From: an uncultured Gammaproteobacteria bacterium
GTDB lineage: Bacteria; Patescibacteriota; Patescibacteriia; SG8-24
Assembly: GCA_964486995.1 (NCBI GenBank)
Contig: CAZAOV010000007.1
Coordinates: 699-64,698, forward strand
Reading direction: 5' to 3'
DNA length: 64,000 nucleotides
The notes beneath the pieces were generated by a model. The model did not search any database and was not told where the DNA came from. It saw only the letters and a list, made by a program, of their open reading frames with translations. Position numbers and translations under genes: made by a program. Below are positions 39,088-49,618 of the stretch, piece by piece. Position 1 is the first letter of the stretch, and the number at the start of each line of letters is the position of its first letter.

Positions 39088-39771
39088 CTATGTCAGATTG
39101 TCGGTCCAATTGTTTGAATCCAAATCGTCCAGCGATACCGCATTCTTCACCCTTAAATCACCGATTTTAGTCCGGCGTAATTCGGTCAGGTAAGCTCCGC
39201 AACCCAAAGCATGACCGATATCATGCGCCAGCGTGCGGACGTATGTGCCCGAGCCGCAATGCACTTTAAATTGAGCGCGGGAAACCCGGTTTTCTTGAGG
39301 CCAGGTTTCCATCAGCTCCAGAGAGTGAATCGAAATTAGCACGGGCTCGCGCTCTACCTCTTCACCCTTTCGCGCCAACTCGTATAATTTCTTGCCTTTG
39401 ATTTTTTTAGCTGAATACATCGGCGGCACCTGCTTAATCTGTCCGACAAAAGCCTTCATTGCTTTGGCCAGTTGTTCGCGAGAAGGCAGGGTAACATCCG
39501 GCATCTCGGTAATTACCCCGTCCTTGTCTTGAGAATCCGATACCGCGCCAAGTCGCATCATCGCCTCATATTCTTTATCTTTACCGATAAATTCACCCAG
39601 CTGCTTAGTCGCATTACGCCCCACCGCAACCACCAGAAGACCCGTAGCGAACGGATCCAGGGTCCCGCCATGCCCGACTTTCCGAATGCCGGTCGCGCGC
39701 CGCACCGCATCCACCACGTCATGTGAAGTGATGCCAGCAGGCTTATCGATTAACAGAAAACCAGACTCCAT
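39088..39771 (-). CDS. truB: tRNA pseudouridine(55) synthase
   Basis: IDKP.G.TSHDVV, KVGHGGTLDPFATG, PPMYSA.K..GKKLYELAR, GSGTYVRTLA. Confidence 0.97.
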   Translation of the reverse strand: MESGFLLIDKPAGITSHDVVDAVRRATGIRKVGHGGTLDPFATGLLVVAVGRNATKQLGEFIGKDKEYEAMMRLGAVSDSQDKDGVITEMPDVTLPSREQLAKAMKAFVGQIKQVPPMYSAKKIKGKKLYELARKGEEVEREPVLISIHSLELMETWPQENRVSRAQFKVHCGSGTYVRTLAHDIGHALGCGAYLTELRRTKIGDLRVKNAVSLDDLDSNNWTDNLT

Positions 39772-40046
39772 AATAATTAACTGCTCATCTTCAATTAGTT
39801 GTCTGAGCCTAAGCATACCCTAAAGTAACTGTCACTATCCACTATAATGTCGTGTTTTAGCTAAAAGCAATGGCAAAGACTGCCTGACTCCGCTCCGCAT
39901 AGACATTCTTTGCGTGGGTTATGTATTGACGTGCTTGCCGAGCCTTGGGGCGCGCGGTGGTTCGGACACGCTGAACGCCGCTATTCGCTTGACTGCTTAT
40001 TATCGAGTTGATAATTTATCTCCTCGGCAGAATTTAGGGGAAGCAA

Positions 40047-40670
40047 ATGGCACAATGCAAAACCTGCTGCAATAAAGGCTATATCGGACTTAAGGCACAT
40101 GAGTGCTTAGGTGGGATGCCGTCGAATGATCGACCGTGTCCGGATTGCTCGGGCTCCGCGTGCGGTGATGCCTCGGACAAATACCGACTGGTGAAGCTGG
40201 GGGGCTATAGGACATCAATCGATCTGCGCACACAGCTCAACCGTGCACATTGCAAAATGAATTTTATGGCTCAGGACGTGTTAGGCAACAATGTTACGGT
40301 TGATATAGCTCCGCGCATCATAGATGTTCATCTGAATTTTCTTTCGTTGGCTGACCTCGGCATGTCCGGTAACTGTAAATACAACAATATCAATGATGTG
40401 ATATTGGCCGGACGCGAAAAGGGATCGCGATTTTTGCCACATGAAGTGGTGCCGCAGTTTCGGCTGAAGCATCGCCAACCTATCCCGTGGCGCTGGCTCA
40501 TTTTCGGCACCCCGACGTTTAGATATAATGGGAATCTCTGCGTGTTCATCATCACGAACAATGCCGAGGGGTACTCCCTGCGGGTGGTACAAGCTAGCTC
40601 GTTCTTGCTGAGTCGATATTCGCCGAACAACCATTCACCGAACGAGGTGATGACGGCATGGCGAAATTAA
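40047..40670 (+). CDS. Hypothetical protein with N-terminal CxxC..CxxC finger, paralog of 40840-41448
   Basis: CKTCCNKGYIGLKAHE...DRPCPDCSG. Confidence 0.7.
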   Translation: MAQCKTCCNKGYIGLKAHECLGGMPSNDRPCPDCSGSACGDASDKYRLVKLGGYRTSIDLRTQLNRAHCKMNFMAQDVLGNNVTVDIAPRIIDVHLNFLSLADLGMSGNCKYNNINDVILAGREKGSRFLPHEVVPQFRLKHRQPIPWRWLIFGTPTFRYNGNLCVFIITNNAEGYSLRVVQASSFLLSRYSPNNHSPNEVMTAWRN

Positions 40671-40839
40671 AGCACTAAAACCGCACCCTAGATGTGCGGT
40701 TTTTATATTTCTGGAAACTCCATGGGCTACAGCTGAATCCATGAAGGAGATTATTTAATTCGGTCGCATTGACAGCGGTATAATTTTAGTATAAATTAAC
40801 GAGTTATCCGTTTGTCCTTTTTTTGAGGTGGAGAGTGAA

Positions 40840-41448
40840 ATGTCTGCATGTGAAAGATGTTGTGGTAAGGGCTATATTGGACTGAAGCGGCATGAGACCG
40901 TCTTTGGTCCCCCGACCGACCGGCCATGTCCGGATTGCTCCGGAATCGCTAGCAGTCAAGCGGAGTCATGGTTCCCTCGCTGGAAAACGGTCATAATGTT
41001 TCGGCGATGCGATACCGAACTGCTGTACGATGATCTGGTGCGGTTGACCGGTTGCTACGTTTCGCCCAACGCACGGCGGTGGCTGCAGTCGTTGTCGTTA
41101 ACGCCCTATATGAATTCGATAAATGCGGTTCGGGTGACATCGGCTGAGCTCGGTTTTAACACCCGCTTCGTCACCACCGAAATGATTTACGACCGTGCCC
41201 GAGAGCTGGGGCTGGAGCTGTGCGATGGAGACCTGGCGGCCGAACTGCGGCTCGACTATGATGACCAGCCCACCGGAGAAACACTGCTGATTGCCATGAC
41301 ACCGATGGTTTTGCTCGCTACCGATTCGTTCGTTCTGGCTCTGCGAAACCATTCGGGCGAGCTGCAGCTAAGCTCCGACACGTGTTCGATGTCGTCCGTC
41401 TGGACACTCGATACGGAATGGGTGTTCGTGAAGCCTGGGAATAAGTAA
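40840..41448 (+). CDS. Hypothetical protein with N-terminal CxxC..CxxC finger
   Basis: CERCCGKGYIGLKRHE...DRPCPDCSG; C-domain ARELGLELC...LRLDY.DQP. Confidence 0.75.
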   Translation: MSACERCCGKGYIGLKRHETVFGPPTDRPCPDCSGIASSQAESWFPRWKTVIMFRRCDTELLYDDLVRLTGCYVSPNARRWLQSLSLTPYMNSINAVRVTSAELGFNTRFVTTEMIYDRARELGLELCDGDLAAELRLDYDDQPTGETLLIAMTPMVLLATDSFVLALRNHSGELQLSSDTCSMSSVWTLDTEWVFVKPGNK

Positions 41449-41533
41449 CAGTTAATGCTCGCGTAGTTACGCGAGCTTTTTCATTCCCCGAAAATTGACG
41501 TTTTAACGCGCATGCGCTATCATCCGCAGTGCT

Positions 41534-43525
41534 ATGAATATTACCGAGTTAGCTAGAAGAGTCCGCACCAACCCAGACGAGTTGAGGGAAAAACTCCCCC
41601 AGCTCGGCTTTGATATTGGCGCTAAGGCAATCAAGGTGGACGATCGGTTGGTCGGTAAGATCATCTACAAGTGGAACGAGATGAAAAAGCTCGAGCGCTT
41701 GAATGCCAAGTATCGCAAAGAGGAGAAGATTAAGGCTGAGGCGGTGGAGAAGGTTAAGGAGGTGTCTTTGCCGTCTGCGATTACAGTGCGGGATTTCGCC
41801 ACTAGGCTGGGTCTGCCGGTGAATATCGTGATTCAGGAGTTGATGAAAAACGGCATTCTGGCATCGCTCAATCAGCAGATTGATTTTGATACGGCCATGA
41901 TTTTGGCTGAGGATTTAGGATACAACGTGATGCGAGAGGATACAGAGGTTGAAGAAGGTAAGATGACCGCGGAAGAAATGAAAGAACTGCTTAGCGAGGA
42001 AGATGAGGGTAAGTTGGAGCCGCGTCCGCCTGTGGTTGTGGTGATGGGTCATGTTGATCACGGTAAGACTGCGCTTCTGGACGCGATTCGTCGAACTAAT
42101 GTTATTGAAGGCGAGGCCGGTGGTATCACACAGCATGTCGGTGCCTATCAGGCGGAACGCATGGGGCGGCAGATTACGTGTATCGATACTCCGGGACATG
42201 AAGCATTTACCGTCATGCGTTCGCGCGGTGCTCGTGTGGCTGATATCGCGATATTAGTCGTGGCGGCGGACGACGGCGTGCAGCCGCAGACCGACGAGGT
42301 GATTGAAATTATTCGTGCAGCCAAACTGCCATTTATCGTGGCGGTCAATAAGATAGACAAACCAGAGGCCGACGTACAGAAAACTTTGACTCAACTGTCC
42401 GAGCGCAAGATTATTCCAGAGGCTTGGGGTGGAGATGTTGTAGTGGCGGAGATTTCAGCCAAGCACAATCAGGGCATTGATGAGTTGCTGGAAATGGTAT
42501 TGCTGGTGGCTGACATGAATAAAGACAAGATTTCCGCCAATCCCAACCGTAACGCCATAGGTACGGTAATCGAATCGCATGTCGATAAGGGCGAAGGTCC
42601 GGTAGCGACTGTTTTGGTACAGTCCGGCACGCTCAAGACCAACCAGAAGCTCTGCATGAACAACGAAATGTACGGCAGTGTGCGTGCCATGAAGAACTGG
42701 AAGGGTGAAGCGGTTAAAGAGGCCCCTCCTGGAACTCCAGTTAGGATTCTCGGTTTTAAAGTCGCTCCATCGGTTGGTGACATAGTTCAGGTTCCGAGCA
42801 GGAGCTGTGACATAAAGAAGGTCAAGAAACAATATGCCATGGAACGTCGCGGTACGGTATCGCAGAGTTCGGGCACAGAGGAAGAGGAAGTTGAAGGCAT
42901 CAAGAAGCTCAATGTCGTGCTCCGTGCCGATGTGTTGGGCTCACTCGAAGCTATCGCCGGTTCGCTCGAAAAGATGCGCACTCCGGAAGTGATGGTTGAG
43001 ATTGTCTCGCGTGGTTTAGGAAACGTAACCGAATCTGATGTCGTGCAGGCTGAAGCGACCGATGCGGTGGTACTGGCATTTAACGTTCATCCGACAAAAG
43101 AAGCCAATGCATCGGCACGGGACAAAAACGTGGAAGTCGTGGAAGAGAAAGTCATTTACCACATGTTTGATAACATCAAGGAGCGGTTGCAGGCAATGTT
43201 TCCGCCCGAAATTATTCGCACTGATGTTGGTAAGGCCGATATTTTGAAGGTTTTTCGCGCAGATAAAGCCGGTCAGATTGTTGGCGCGCGCATAACAGAG
43301 GGGTACGTCAACGTTGGCATAAATGTGGTATTATACCGAGGCGAGCAGCCAATTGATGAGGGTAAGGTAGTCATGCTGCAATCTGGCAAAAACGAAGTAA
43401 AAGAGTGCAAGCAAGGACAGGAGTTCGGTATCAAGATTACGTGCAAGACCACTGTTTTGGCCGGCGACCGCATGGAGTTCTTTACGGAGGAAAGGAAAGA
43501 AAGAAAGCTGCGACTGCCGAGTTAA
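41534..43525 (+). CDS. infB: Translation initiation factor IF-2
   Basis: [38 protein letters not shown]. Confidence 0.98.
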   Translation: MNITELARRVRTNPDELREKLPQLGFDIGAKAIKVDDRLVGKIIYKWNEMKKLERLNAKYRKEEKIKAEAVEKVKEVSLPSAITVRDFATRLGLPVNIVIQELMKNGILASLNQQIDFDTAMILAEDLGYNVMREDTEVEEGKMTAEEMKELLSEEDEGKLEPRPPVVVVMGHVDHGKTALLDAIRRTNVIEGEAGGITQHVGAYQAERMGRQITCIDTPGHEAFTVMRSRGARVADIAILVVAADDGVQPQTDEVIEIIRAAKLPFIVAVNKIDKPEADVQKTLTQLSERKIIPEAWGGDVVVAEISAKHNQGIDELLEMVLLVADMNKDKISANPNRNAIGTVIESHVDKGEGPVATVLVQSGTLKTNQKLCMNNEMYGSVRAMKNWKGEAVKEAPPGTPVRILGFKVAPSVGDIVQVPSRSCDIKKVKKQYAMERRGTVSQSSGTEEEEVEGIKKLNVVLRADVLGSLEAIAGSLEKMRTPEVMVEIVSRGLGNVTESDVVQAEATDAVVLAFNVHPTKEANASARDKNVEVVEEKVIYHMFDNIKERLQAMFPPEIIRTDVGKADILKVFRADKAGQIVGARITEGYVNVGINVVLYRGEQPIDEGKVVMLQSGKNEVKECKQGQEFGIKITCKTTVLAGDRMEFFTEERKERKLRLPS

Positions 43526-43823
43526 TCATATTCAGTTCCACGCCATCCGGCGCGGGTCGCGGCAGCATATCAAGGGGAGGGGAGACAAGAGTCTATCTGC
43601 AACCCAAAATTTATTGGAAGATTTATTTTTTGTTTGATATCGCCTTATCTGTTGTCGGGGCAGATTGCCACCCCTTTCGACAGTTTCAGCAATTTCACAT
43701 AAATAGAGCTTTTCTGATAAATGTTGGGTCACAAACGGACTCTTAGTAAGTGGTAAGACCACGGTTTCAGGATTCGTTAGGATCGCGAAGTCCGGCTTTA
43801 TCACTTTTTGTATCGCTAAATAT

Positions 43824-44150
43824 ATGGCTATCACATTCACCGCCGAAAATTTTAAAAAAGAGGTTCTTGAATCTGAAGGTCCGGTCTTGGTCGATTTTTG
43901 GGCACCGTGGTGTGGTCCGTGCCGAATGATGAGTCCGATTATCGATGAGCTCGCAGAGGAATTCAAGGATAGGGGTGTGACAATCGGTAAGCTTAACGTG
44001 GACGAGGGTCAAGCCGTGGCTTCTCAGTTCGACATAATGAGCATTCCTACTTTAATCCTGTTTAATAACGGCGCTGCCGTTGAACAGATGGTCGGCATGC
44101 AGTCCAAGGATGCCCTAAAAGCCAAGCTTACAAAACTTATAGAAGCTTAG
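43824..44150 (+). CDS. trxA: Thioredoxin
   Basis: VDFWAPWCGPC, SIPT. Confidence 0.97.
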   Translation: MAITFTAENFKKEVLESEGPVLVDFWAPWCGPCRMMSPIIDELAEEFKDRGVTIGKLNVDEGQAVASQFDIMSIPTLILFNNGAAVEQMVGMQSKDALKAKLTKLIEA

Positions 44151-44154
44151 TCAT

Positions 44155-45081
44155 ATGCGAAAGGTAATCATTATTGGCTCAGGTTGCGCCGGGTATCCAG
44201 CGGCCATTTATACTGCCCGAGCTGGTCTTGAGCCTCTGGTATTGACCGGTGAAAGAATTGGCGGCTGGTTGGCCACATCCAATGAAGTCGAAAATTACCC
44301 CGGCTTTCCAGAAGATAACATAGACGGCCCGACCATCATGGAAAAAATGAAGGAGCAGGCCGAAAAGTTTGGTGCCGAGGTGCGAATTGACCGAGTTGCC
44401 GAGGTGGACTTGTCGTCCCGGCCGTTTAAAATTACGGTCGGTGATGAGGTGCTGGAAACAGAATCCCTTATAGTCTCTACCGGCACGTCAGCCCGCCGCT
44501 TGGGTGTTTCGGGTGAGGACCGGCTTTGGTCCAGGGGTGTGCATGTCTGCGCCACCTGCGATGCGCCTTTTTACCGGGATAAGGATATTGTGGTTGTTGG
44601 CGGAGGTGATACGGCCATGGAGGAGGCCCTATTCCTGTCAAAGTTCGCCCGAAGGATTCGTATTTTGGCGCGCAATAATGAAGGAGGGCTGAAAGCGTCT
44701 AAACCTTTATTGGATCGGGCAATCAAAGAAGAAAAAATTGATATTCTCTACAATACAGAAGTGACTGAAATTCTAGGCGAGAACAAGATTTCCGGTATAA
44801 AATTGATTAACAATAAGACAAATGAGGAACGGGAAGAAAAGATTGAAGGTCTTTTTTTGGCGGCTGGTCACATACCGAATACCGATATTTTCAAAGGCAA
44901 GCTCGATTTGAATGAGCAGGGATATATTTTAACCGAGCCGGACTCTACCAAAACTAGCGTGGAGGGTGTATTTGCTGCCGGTGACGTGATGGACTGGCGA
45001 TATCGACAAGCCGTAACCGCCGCTGGGTTTGGCTGTATGGCGGCACTAGAGGCGCAACGATATTTAGAAGAAAAAGAATAG
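44155..45081 (+). CDS. trxB: Thioredoxin reductase
   Basis: IIGSG, VENYPGF, CATCD, GGGDTAMEEA, FAAGDV, RQAVTAAG. Confidence 0.96.
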   Translation: MRKVIIIGSGCAGYPAAIYTARAGLEPLVLTGERIGGWLATSNEVENYPGFPEDNIDGPTIMEKMKEQAEKFGAEVRIDRVAEVDLSSRPFKITVGDEVLETESLIVSTGTSARRLGVSGEDRLWSRGVHVCATCDAPFYRDKDIVVVGGGDTAMEEALFLSKFARRIRILARNNEGGLKASKPLLDRAIKEEKIDILYNTEVTEILGENKISGIKLINNKTNEEREEKIEGLFLAAGHIPNTDIFKGKLDLNEQGYILTEPDSTKTSVEGVFAAGDVMDWRYRQAVTAAGFGCMAALEAQRYLEEKE

Positions 45082-45220
45082 ACAAGGCAAAAATATAAAA
45101 AACAGGCATACCGTTCCGGCATTATCATTTGATTATTACGCCCCTAATGCGGGGCGTTTTAAGTTGCAGTCGCGGCGGAAAGGTGTAATGTTTAGAAACT
45201 ACAGAATTAATCGATATCTT

Positions 45221-46456
45221 ATGTCAGTTTTTCAAAACGCATTGAAGCAGTTAGAGGTGGCAGCCGCAGTGGCGGCGCCGGATGGGGCGACCGTGGAGGC
45301 GTTGCGTCAACCCAAGAGATTGTTCGAGGTGTCGTTTCCGGTTCGTATGGACGATGGTTCGACGCGTATTTTTACCGGGTATCGCGTGCAACATGATGAT
45401 TCGCGCGGGCCGTTTAAGGGAGGGATCCGTTTTCATTCGCAGACCGATCTCGACGAAGTGAAAGCTCTCGCATTCTGGATGGCGATTAAATGCGCGGTGG
45501 TTGGTGTGCCATTTGGCGGGGCAAAAGGCGGTGTAACCGTTGACCCGAAGCATCTTTCGGAAGGGGAGTTGGAGCGGTTGTCGCGTGGGTACTTCCGAGC
45601 AATTGCGCCGTTCATTGGGCTGGACGTGGATGTACCGGCACCGGACGTAAACACTAATCCGAAGACCATGGCGTGGTTCATGGATGAATATGCACGATTT
45701 GTCGGGAAGCAGGTGCCGGGTATTGTGACCGGCAAGCCACTTGCAGTCGGTGGTTCGCGCGGGCGCATGTCTGCGACCGGCCAGGGCGGCCTGTTCGTTC
45801 TGGATGAACACTTGAAGAAAGAGGATCGCAAGGCGGCGACCACCTCGGTGACCATTCAGGGATTCGGCAACGCCGGTCAGCACTTCGCGCGGCTCGCGTC
45901 TGAGAGGGGATACAAGATAGTGGCGGTATCTGATTCGCGGGGGGCGATAGTGAACACCGACGGGCTCGACGTGCAGGCGCTTATCGAACACAAGCATAAG
46001 AGCGGTGGTGTGGCTGGTTTCGCCGGCGGTCAGCAGGCCGAACCGGCGCGAATTCTGGAGACCGAGTGCGACGTGATTGTACCGGCTGCGCTCGAGAATC
46101 AGCTCACCGTTGATAACGCCTCGAAGATTCAGGCGACCATTGTGCTGGAGCTCGCCAACGGTCCGACCACGCCGGAAGCGGATACGATTTTCGCCGAGCG
46201 CGGTGTGGTGGTGATTCCGGACGTGCTGGCGAACGCCGGCGGTGTGGCGGTGTCGTATTTCGAGTGGGTGCAGAATCGCGAAGGTCATTATTGGTCCTAC
46301 GGTGACGTGCATGCACAGTTGGAGAAGCGTATGACCGAGGCATATGCCGATGTGCGTGGTGAGGTAGATGCACTTGGTGTCACTTTGCGCCAAGCAGCGT
46401 TTATAATGGCGATCAGACGGATTGCTGAGGCCAAGGAAGCACGGGGTTGGCAATAG
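45221..46456 (+). CDS. gdhA: Glu/Leu/Phe/Val dehydrogenase (glutamate dehydrogenase)
   Basis: GPFKGGIRF, GGAKGG, DVPAPD, TGKP, QGFGNAG, ELANGP, NAGGVAVSYFEW. Confidence 0.94.
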   Translation: MSVFQNALKQLEVAAAVAAPDGATVEALRQPKRLFEVSFPVRMDDGSTRIFTGYRVQHDDSRGPFKGGIRFHSQTDLDEVKALAFWMAIKCAVVGVPFGGAKGGVTVDPKHLSEGELERLSRGYFRAIAPFIGLDVDVPAPDVNTNPKTMAWFMDEYARFVGKQVPGIVTGKPLAVGGSRGRMSATGQGGLFVLDEHLKKEDRKAATTSVTIQGFGNAGQHFARLASERGYKIVAVSDSRGAIVNTDGLDVQALIEHKHKSGGVAGFAGGQQAEPARILETECDVIVPAALENQLTVDNASKIQATIVLELANGPTTPEADTIFAERGVVVIPDVLANAGGVAVSYFEWVQNREGHYWSYGDVHAQLEKRMTEAYADVRGEVDALGVTLRQAAFIMAIRRIAEAKEARGWQ

Positions 46457-46512
46457 GGAAATTAAAAAGACCTTCTGATGGGGGTCTTTTTTTTGTTTGG
46501 TTGTGTTTGTTA

Positions 46513-46554
46513 GCACTGCCTGTCTGTACTTGAGAAAGTACAGACAGGCAGTGC
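46513..46554. repeat. Palindromic repeat family B (GCCTGTCTRTACTT arms)
   Basis: Perfect 19-bp stem with GAGA loop; relatives at 60423-60476 and (degenerate) 53451-53483. Confidence 0.8.
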
Positions 46555-46637
46555 GAAACTTGTTGTTTTATTCCGAAGACGTTAGTTGTCAAGGTTAAAT
46601 AATAAAAATACACCAGCATTACGCTAGTGTTTTTTTG

Positions 46638-47060
46638 TTACGCGTTGATTTCGGCTTTCAGACCGGCTTCGGTCATTAGACGATGCAGCTCGATGGACGC
46701 ATCTGTGACAGATTTCTCCTGGTTTTGTCGCCGCATTTCTGGGTTGGTGACGACCAGAAAATGCGAATCGACACCAGCTTTCCAGAGGAAACACAGAGTG
46801 TGCCAGCACTGCTCGTCGGAGAAAGTGACGGTGGCGAAACTACCTGGCCCGAATTTTACCTCGTAGTTCTTGTGGTTCGTTCCGAAGCCCTCGCACTGAA
46901 TTCGCAGCGTGTCCCCGGTTGCTTCAGCCGCAATGATTTCGCATTGCCAGCGAGGCATATCCATGAACATCCGCTGAACGGTCCAGCCCTTGTTTCGGAG
47001 CAGGGCTGCGAGTTCCATCGCCAGATCCGCCTCTAGTTCATGTGTGATTTCTCTGGGCAT
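46638..47060 (-). CDS. Hypothetical protein
   Basis: 140 aa, SD AGGAG, TTGACT-17-TAATCT promoter. Confidence 0.7.
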   Translation of the reverse strand: MPREITHELEADLAMELAALLRNKGWTVQRMFMDMPRWQCEIIAAEATGDTLRIQCEGFGTNHKNYEVKFGPGSFATVTFSDEQCWHTLCFLWKAGVDSHFLVVTNPEMRRQNQEKSVTDASIELHRLMTEAGLKAEINA

Positions 47061-47263
47061 GATTATCTCCTGTGGTTGTAGTCGTGTCGCCCAAATGATT
47101 TGCTAGATTAGCATGCCAGCACAGACGAGTCAAGCATGGCAAATGTGGCGGAAACTCGAGGGGCAGGCTCTGCAGTCATACTTATATTTAGCCGCAATGA
47201 AGACAAAAAGACCTCAATAAATTGAGGTCTGGCTTGCTTCCGGTATGCGGGGGCGATGCGTCA

Positions 47264-48166
47264 TCATCTAGACCGTCGGGTACGACGGCGTGGCGGGGGG
47301 TTCCAGGTATAGCGCGGATGCGGACTAAGTGGCATCACCACACCGAATCGGCTCATTAACAGCCATTCATGCTTGTCGATGCCGAGCGGAGCGGCGGCGA
47401 TTCGCGCCTCCAGTCGGAATCCAGCGCCCAGTTCCACATCCAAACCCAAGGTAAAGAAAACCGTCCGTATCGTGAGGTCGTATTCAGAACTGGGCATAGC
47501 ATCGGCGAGCCGGAGCAAAGCTTCAATGCCCGGATCGGTAATTCCGATATGCAGTGCGCGTGGCAGGTGCACGTAGCGAAGCGACATCAACGGTCTCCAG
47601 CGACCCAACAACCCGCGTAACGTGAGACCAACATCGACACGATGCCACTCGTCCGTTAGGTTAACCGCCGCATTGGCCTCGTCGAGGGGAATGCCGATAT
47701 CAGCCGCAATACCGTCAAATTGGAGCGAGGCGATTTCCGGCTCGTCCGAACCGAACGGCAGTGTGACTTCGGCATAAATCGAAAAGTCTAAATAGCGCCG
47801 TTTCAGCAGCAGCACCGTAGTTCGCGCTTCAAAATATCCTCGCCACGGCATCTCAATCGTCGCGTAGAACTGCGCGTCGCGCGGCGTGAACAAATCCATG
47901 GTGGTGCGTGACAGCCCGAGCCCCATATCGATGGTGAGCCTAGAGCGCACCGACAACCGCAGCAACCACGATAGTCGCAGCTGCGTCAGGTCGATGTCGT
48001 CCGAGCCACCCAGAGTCAAATCAACTTCTTCGAGTAGCCACAGGTGCGGGCGCTGGCCCCACTCCTGAACGATTTCCGGCGTATCCGAGTCGGATGCTTC
48101 CTGAGCTTGTGCCGCACCCGCGCTCATTAATATGGTCGCCAGACTTACAGCGGCCAAACAACGCAT
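47264..48166 (-). CDS. Secreted beta-strand-rich protein (beta-barrel-like), paralog of 48311-49222
   Basis: Signal peptide ending AQA; alternating hydrophobic strands; SD AGGAGG. Confidence 0.7.
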   Translation of the reverse strand: MRCLAAVSLATILMSAGAAQAQEASDSDTPEIVQEWGQRPHLWLLEEVDLTLGGSDDIDLTQLRLSWLLRLSVRSRLTIDMGLGLSRTTMDLFTPRDAQFYATIEMPWRGYFEARTTVLLLKRRYLDFSIYAEVTLPFGSDEPEIASLQFDGIAADIGIPLDEANAAVNLTDEWHRVDVGLTLRGLLGRWRPLMSLRYVHLPRALHIGITDPGIEALLRLADAMPSSEYDLTIRTVFFTLGLDVELGAGFRLEARIAAAPLGIDKHEWLLMSRFGVVMPLSPHPRYTWNPPPRRRTRRSR

Positions 48167-48310
48167 AGTTCCTCCTGCTGAAAGAGCAAATTAACTTATC
48201 AATTTAGTCGGGCAGAGTCAATGAGGGGGGGTTGCAAGTTGCAGGTCACGGGTGCTTTTTCTTGTTTTTTAGTTTAAAAAAGCCGCTGACAAAAATCGGC
48301 GGCTGTTGTT

Positions 48311-49222
48311 TTACCTGCGGCCAATCTCCGGCGGGTCAATCCAGTTGTGGCGTGCCTGTGCGGTGAGCGGGATTTCGAGTACCATTCGGCCGACGAACAC
48401 CCATCCGCCATCGAGAGTTGGTGTGGCAGCCACGCGGAGTTCGATTTCGAAACCGTAGCCCAGTTCCACCTCGAAACCGATGGCGTAGTACGGATACATG
48501 AAGCTGGCATCAAACGAGCCGTTGAGTTCCGGCGCGAGCAAATCCACGAAAGACTGCAGGGTGGGGTCGAGGTTCAGCTCCAGGCGTCCGGGCATATGCA
48601 CGTACTTAATGTCGATGAATGGTCGCCAGCGACCGATGAAGCCGCGAACGGTCACACCGAATTCGGCACGATACCAACGATGGCGGACATCTACCCAGCT
48701 GCGGATGTCCTCGATGTCCATCAGACCGAGCAGTGACATCTCGTCGAAGAACTCAGCTGACTGCAGATTGGCCTCGCCGCTGCCAATCGGGAAATAAATT
48801 TCGCTGAACAGCGAAATGTCCCAATGCGGCCAGCGATACAGCACCATGCGCGCGCCACCTCCGACAATACCGCGCCACGGCACCTCGAGTTCGGCGTTTA
48901 GCGCCGCGCCTTCAGGCTCGAACAGGTGAATCTCATGGTGAATTACACCCAAAGCGAGATCGATGGTCAGACGATCGAAGAATGTGGCCCGCAATCGACC
49001 GGTCAAACCGATGTCGTAATAGTTGCAGTTTGCGTCCTCGCTCATGGTGGAATCTAACTGCAGCGCCATCGAAAGATTGAGTCGCTGTGCGCGCCAGTCC
49101 TCATCGGTATCGCCGCACGCAGTTGATTCGACTACGCAATCTATGGTGTCAGCATCTTCGGCCAGCGCTGAACCGGCCTGCAGAAAAACGAAAATTGCAC
49201 CCAGGATCGCAAGACGGTGCAT
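48311..49222 (-). CDS. Secreted beta-strand-rich protein (beta-barrel-like)
   Basis: ATG at 49222 after AAAGGAGG; signal peptide ending ALA; shares RLTID..LG, PWRG, GRWRP....YVH.P and VELG.GF with the neighbour. Confidence 0.7.
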   Translation of the reverse strand: MHRLAILGAIFVFLQAGSALAEDADTIDCVVESTACGDTDEDWRAQRLNLSMALQLDSTMSEDANCNYYDIGLTGRLRATFFDRLTIDLALGVIHHEIHLFEPEGAALNAELEVPWRGIVGGGARMVLYRWPHWDISLFSEIYFPIGSGEANLQSAEFFDEMSLLGLMDIEDIRSWVDVRHRWYRAEFGVTVRGFIGRWRPFIDIKYVHMPGRLELNLDPTLQSFVDLLAPELNGSFDASFMYPYYAIGFEVELGYGFEIELRVAATPTLDGGWVFVGRMVLEIPLTAQARHNWIDPPEIGRR

Positions 49223-49343
49223 TTGCGAACCTCCTTTATAAGGCCAATTCGCACCAACGAACCCCAATGCTACCTAACTTGATGTTTCAAAGGGCGTCAA
49301 GTGCTAAGGGATAAAGACGACATTCTGGACCGGCTGCACCACG

Positions 49344-49488
49344 CAGGCTGTTTCAGGTGGTCGCATATTAAATAGCGAAGCTGTGGCTTTCCTGCCGGTA
49401 CGCGGGCTGCGTTTACGTCAGGCAGGAACTTGGTGTCGCAACCGAACCGTGAATTTTGGGAGGGGTGGAACTGTAAAGAGTCAGCCTG
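49344..49488. ncRNA. Rod-like RNA candidate (6S-like architecture)
   Basis: CAGGCTG/CAGCCTG closing stem, TTCCTGCC/GGCAGGAA inner stem, large internal bubble. Confidence 0.3.
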
Positions 49489-49618
49489 AAGTTACTCATA
49501 AGTTTCATAAATGCATGAAGGACATTTAATGCAGGCTCCGCCTTTTAGACCAATTTAACAAACACTCTTCAAAATACCTCACCTAATCGTTATAATTGAA
49601 TCGTAATTAAGCCAGTTT

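Noticed and set aside
43526-43823. rbfA or another gene after infB
   Set aside because: No RbfA-like frame; the listed ORFs are shadows or lack coding features.
45251-46516. 421-aa antisense ORF over gdhA
   Set aside because: It mirrors the dehydrogenase codons on the opposite strand and has no motifs; long antisense frames are a common by-product of codon bias.
49420-49490. Cobalamin riboswitch-like words (GGAA...AACTGTAA...AGTCAG)
   Set aside because: The core helices and B12 box do not assemble, and no B12-related gene follows.
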